Assembly: GCA_964236955.1 (NCBI GenBank)
Contig: CAXSGP010000072.1
Location: forward strand, 1-18,745
Source of the DNA: an uncultured Oligoflexus sp.
Lineage (GTDB): Bacteria; Bdellovibrionota_B; Oligoflexia; Oligoflexales; Oligoflexaceae
Direction of reading: 5' to 3'
DNA length: 18,745 nt
Below, one piece after another: positions 17,245 to 18,745 of this stretch. The number at the start of each line of letters is the position of its first letter. The stretch's first letter is position 1. The position numbers and the translations under genes are program-made. The notes beneath the pieces are model-generated. The model was not told the DNA's origin. It searched no databases and saw only the letters and a program-made list of their open reading frames with translations.

Positions 17245-17585
17245 AAGTGCCGGGTTGAATCGAAACGTAGGTCTTGGCAGGGAAGGCTTCGGTTCAAGCT
17301 CTGGTTTGCCGACGGCCCGACGAGGCCGCATTAAGGATGAGCCAGAGTTTTTGTTGAAACGCCCATACAATTCAAGGTTAAGAGAGCTTCGCCAACTTTT
17401 TTTGATGAACCTTAGGCCCTCCGGCTTTTTAATGCCATATTGACACTCAGAATAGGCCTTTCCCATCAACTCTTGTCTTTAAAAAATTCGCCAGCACCAG
17501 CCGATCGCCGCCCCCTTGTCGAAAAGGCAGCAGTTTGCTAAACCAGTGGCAAGCTCGCGCCTCGGCAAAGCAATGGAGTGTGGAA

Positions 17586-18053
17586 TTGAAGATCTGGATC
17601 GATGCGGATGCGTGTCCGCTACCTGTCAAAGAAATTATCTACAAAGCCTCGGAAAAACGGGGGTTCGCCGTATGTCTGGTCGCCAATCAACTCCAGCGGG
17701 TGCCGCGCAGCGGCCTTATCACACAGATACAGGTAGCAAAGACCCCCGATGCCGCCGATCATTATATTATTCAGGAATCCCACCAGGGCGATATGGTGGT
17801 AACAGCCGATGTGCCGCTTGCTGCCGAACTTGTGGCCAAACATGTTCACGTGATCAATCCGCGGGGCGAGGCCTATACCGAAGCCAACGTTCGGGAGCGT
17901 CTGAACATGCGCGATGTGATGGATGAATTGCGGGGTGCCGGCATGATCTCAGGTGGACCGCCCACCTATAATGAAAAAGACAAGCAGTCCTTTGCCAACG
18001 CTCTCGATCGTTGGCTGCAAAAAGCCTTTCTTCTCAAGAACAAAGACAAATAA
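17586..18053 (+). CDS. YaiI/YqxD (UPF0178) family protein
   Basis: KIWIDADACP, DAADHYI, VVTADVPLAA, INPRG, FANALDR. Start placed at TTG 17586 with GGAG 7 nt upstream. Confidence 0.92.
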   Translation: MKIWIDADACPLPVKEIIYKASEKRGFAVCLVANQLQRVPRSGLITQIQVAKTPDAADHYIIQESHQGDMVVTADVPLAAELVAKHVHVINPRGEAYTEANVRERLNMRDVMDELRGAGMISGGPPTYNEKDKQSFANALDRWLQKAFLLKNKDK

Positions 18054-18064
18054 AGGATACCTCG

Positions 18065-18577
18065 ATGCGCAGTCCTAAGCCAAAACCTCCTTACTGGTCT
18101 TTTGCCTCCCTCCTGGCTGTTGTCTACCCGCTTGGCATGCTGCCCAAGGCGCCTGGCACCTGGGGCAGTCTGGCGGGTGTGCCGGTGGCCTATGGCATCG
18201 TCCTGGCAGCTCGCAGTTTTGAAAATGGCTTTTTTGAACTGGGCGTCGTCGCCATGCTTCTCATCCTTACTGTCCTCACCTGGTGGTCGATCGATCAAAC
18301 TGAAAAGCAGTGGCACACTCATGATGATGGCCGCATCGTGATCGACGAAGTCCTGGGTCAGGCGATTGCTAGCGTGTTTTTCCCCTTTGATTCTATTCAC
18401 ATTATTGCGGCTTTTGTACTTTTTCGCATTTTCGACATTTTTAAGCCGGGTCCCATCGGTTGGGCGGATCGAAAGCTTCCAGGTGCTTTCGGCACCCTCT
18501 TTGACGACGTGATTGCCGGGATCTTTGCCGCTCTCGTGCTTGCAGGTATTTCAGCTCTGGCGCGACTTGTCCTATAA
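18065..18577 (+). CDS. pgpA: Phosphatidylglycerophosphatase A
   Basis: PKAPGTWGSL, HDDGRIVIDEVLG, FRIFDIFKPGPI, DDVIAG. Start placed at ATG 18065 (AAGGA upstream). Confidence 0.95.
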   Translation: MRSPKPKPPYWSFASLLAVVYPLGMLPKAPGTWGSLAGVPVAYGIVLAARSFENGFFELGVVAMLLILTVLTWWSIDQTEKQWHTHDDGRIVIDEVLGQAIASVFFPFDSIHIIAAFVLFRIFDIFKPGPIGWADRKLPGAFGTLFDDVIAGIFAALVLAGISALARLVL

Positions 18578-18614
18578 TAAAAAGATTTTACATTTTTTGG
18601 ACGAGGTAGGTGAT

Positions 18615-18745
18615 ATGCGAAGGCTTAAGACTTCCTTGCTGCTGCTAGCATTCTGGACCATTCCCCTCCTGGCCGAAGGCCGGCTGATGCCTGCCGACGG
18701 CGGCTCGGAATCGATACTGATCGTGCGCCTCAGCGATGGCAAAAG
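18615..18745 (+). CDS. 5' part of a secreted protein (runs off the window)
   Basis: GAGGT/AGGTG RBS-like sequence, then MRRLKTSLLLLAFWTIPLLA-EGRLMPADGGSESILIVRLSDGK. Looks like a Sec signal peptide; frame open to the window end. Confidence 0.65.
   Translation, partial: MRRLKTSLLLLAFWTIPLLAEGRLMPADGGSESILIVRLSDGK

Noticed and set aside
17095..17469. ORFs of 124 aa (minus) and 73 aa (plus) spanning the site-2 protease 3' gap
   Set aside because: They overlap the protease gene and have no convincing RBS or motifs.
17842..17857. ATGTTCACGTGATCAA resembling canonical parS
   Set aside because: Only the TCACGTGA core matches, the flanks break the palindrome, and it lies in coding sequence.
1..18745. 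CRISPR array, tandem repeats, transposase or defence genes
   Set aside because: I saw no regularly spaced repeats and no such coding motifs on either strand.

Overview
Bacterial chromosomal window dominated by housekeeping genes. Gene content and style suggest a deltaproteobacteria-like or Bdellovibrionota/Oligoflexia lineage, but that is only an inference. Minus strand, left to right: a stand-alone tRNA-Ile(GAT) with its own sigma70 promoter and terminator, a stand-alone Fis/NtrC-type HTH protein, mutM, a 115-aa orphan, an orphan parA-parB pair, and icmF. Plus strand: a Lys-rich-tail/DUF1737-like small protein, then sucC-sucD-macrodomain-murB. Next comes a minus-strand esterase-trxB-mrp-DUF971 operon, then a plus-strand site-2 protease, a YaiI/YqxD protein, pgpA and the start of a secreted protein. 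I saw no integrase, transposase, CRISPR array or rRNA. The best candidate for an undescribed system is the orphan ParA/ParB module with its downstream orphan gene and an upstream 27-bp perfect palindrome. Other points of interest are a MurB with altered catalytic residues, a macrodomain gene embedded in the sucCD operon, and a split HCF101-like Mrp/DUF971 pair.
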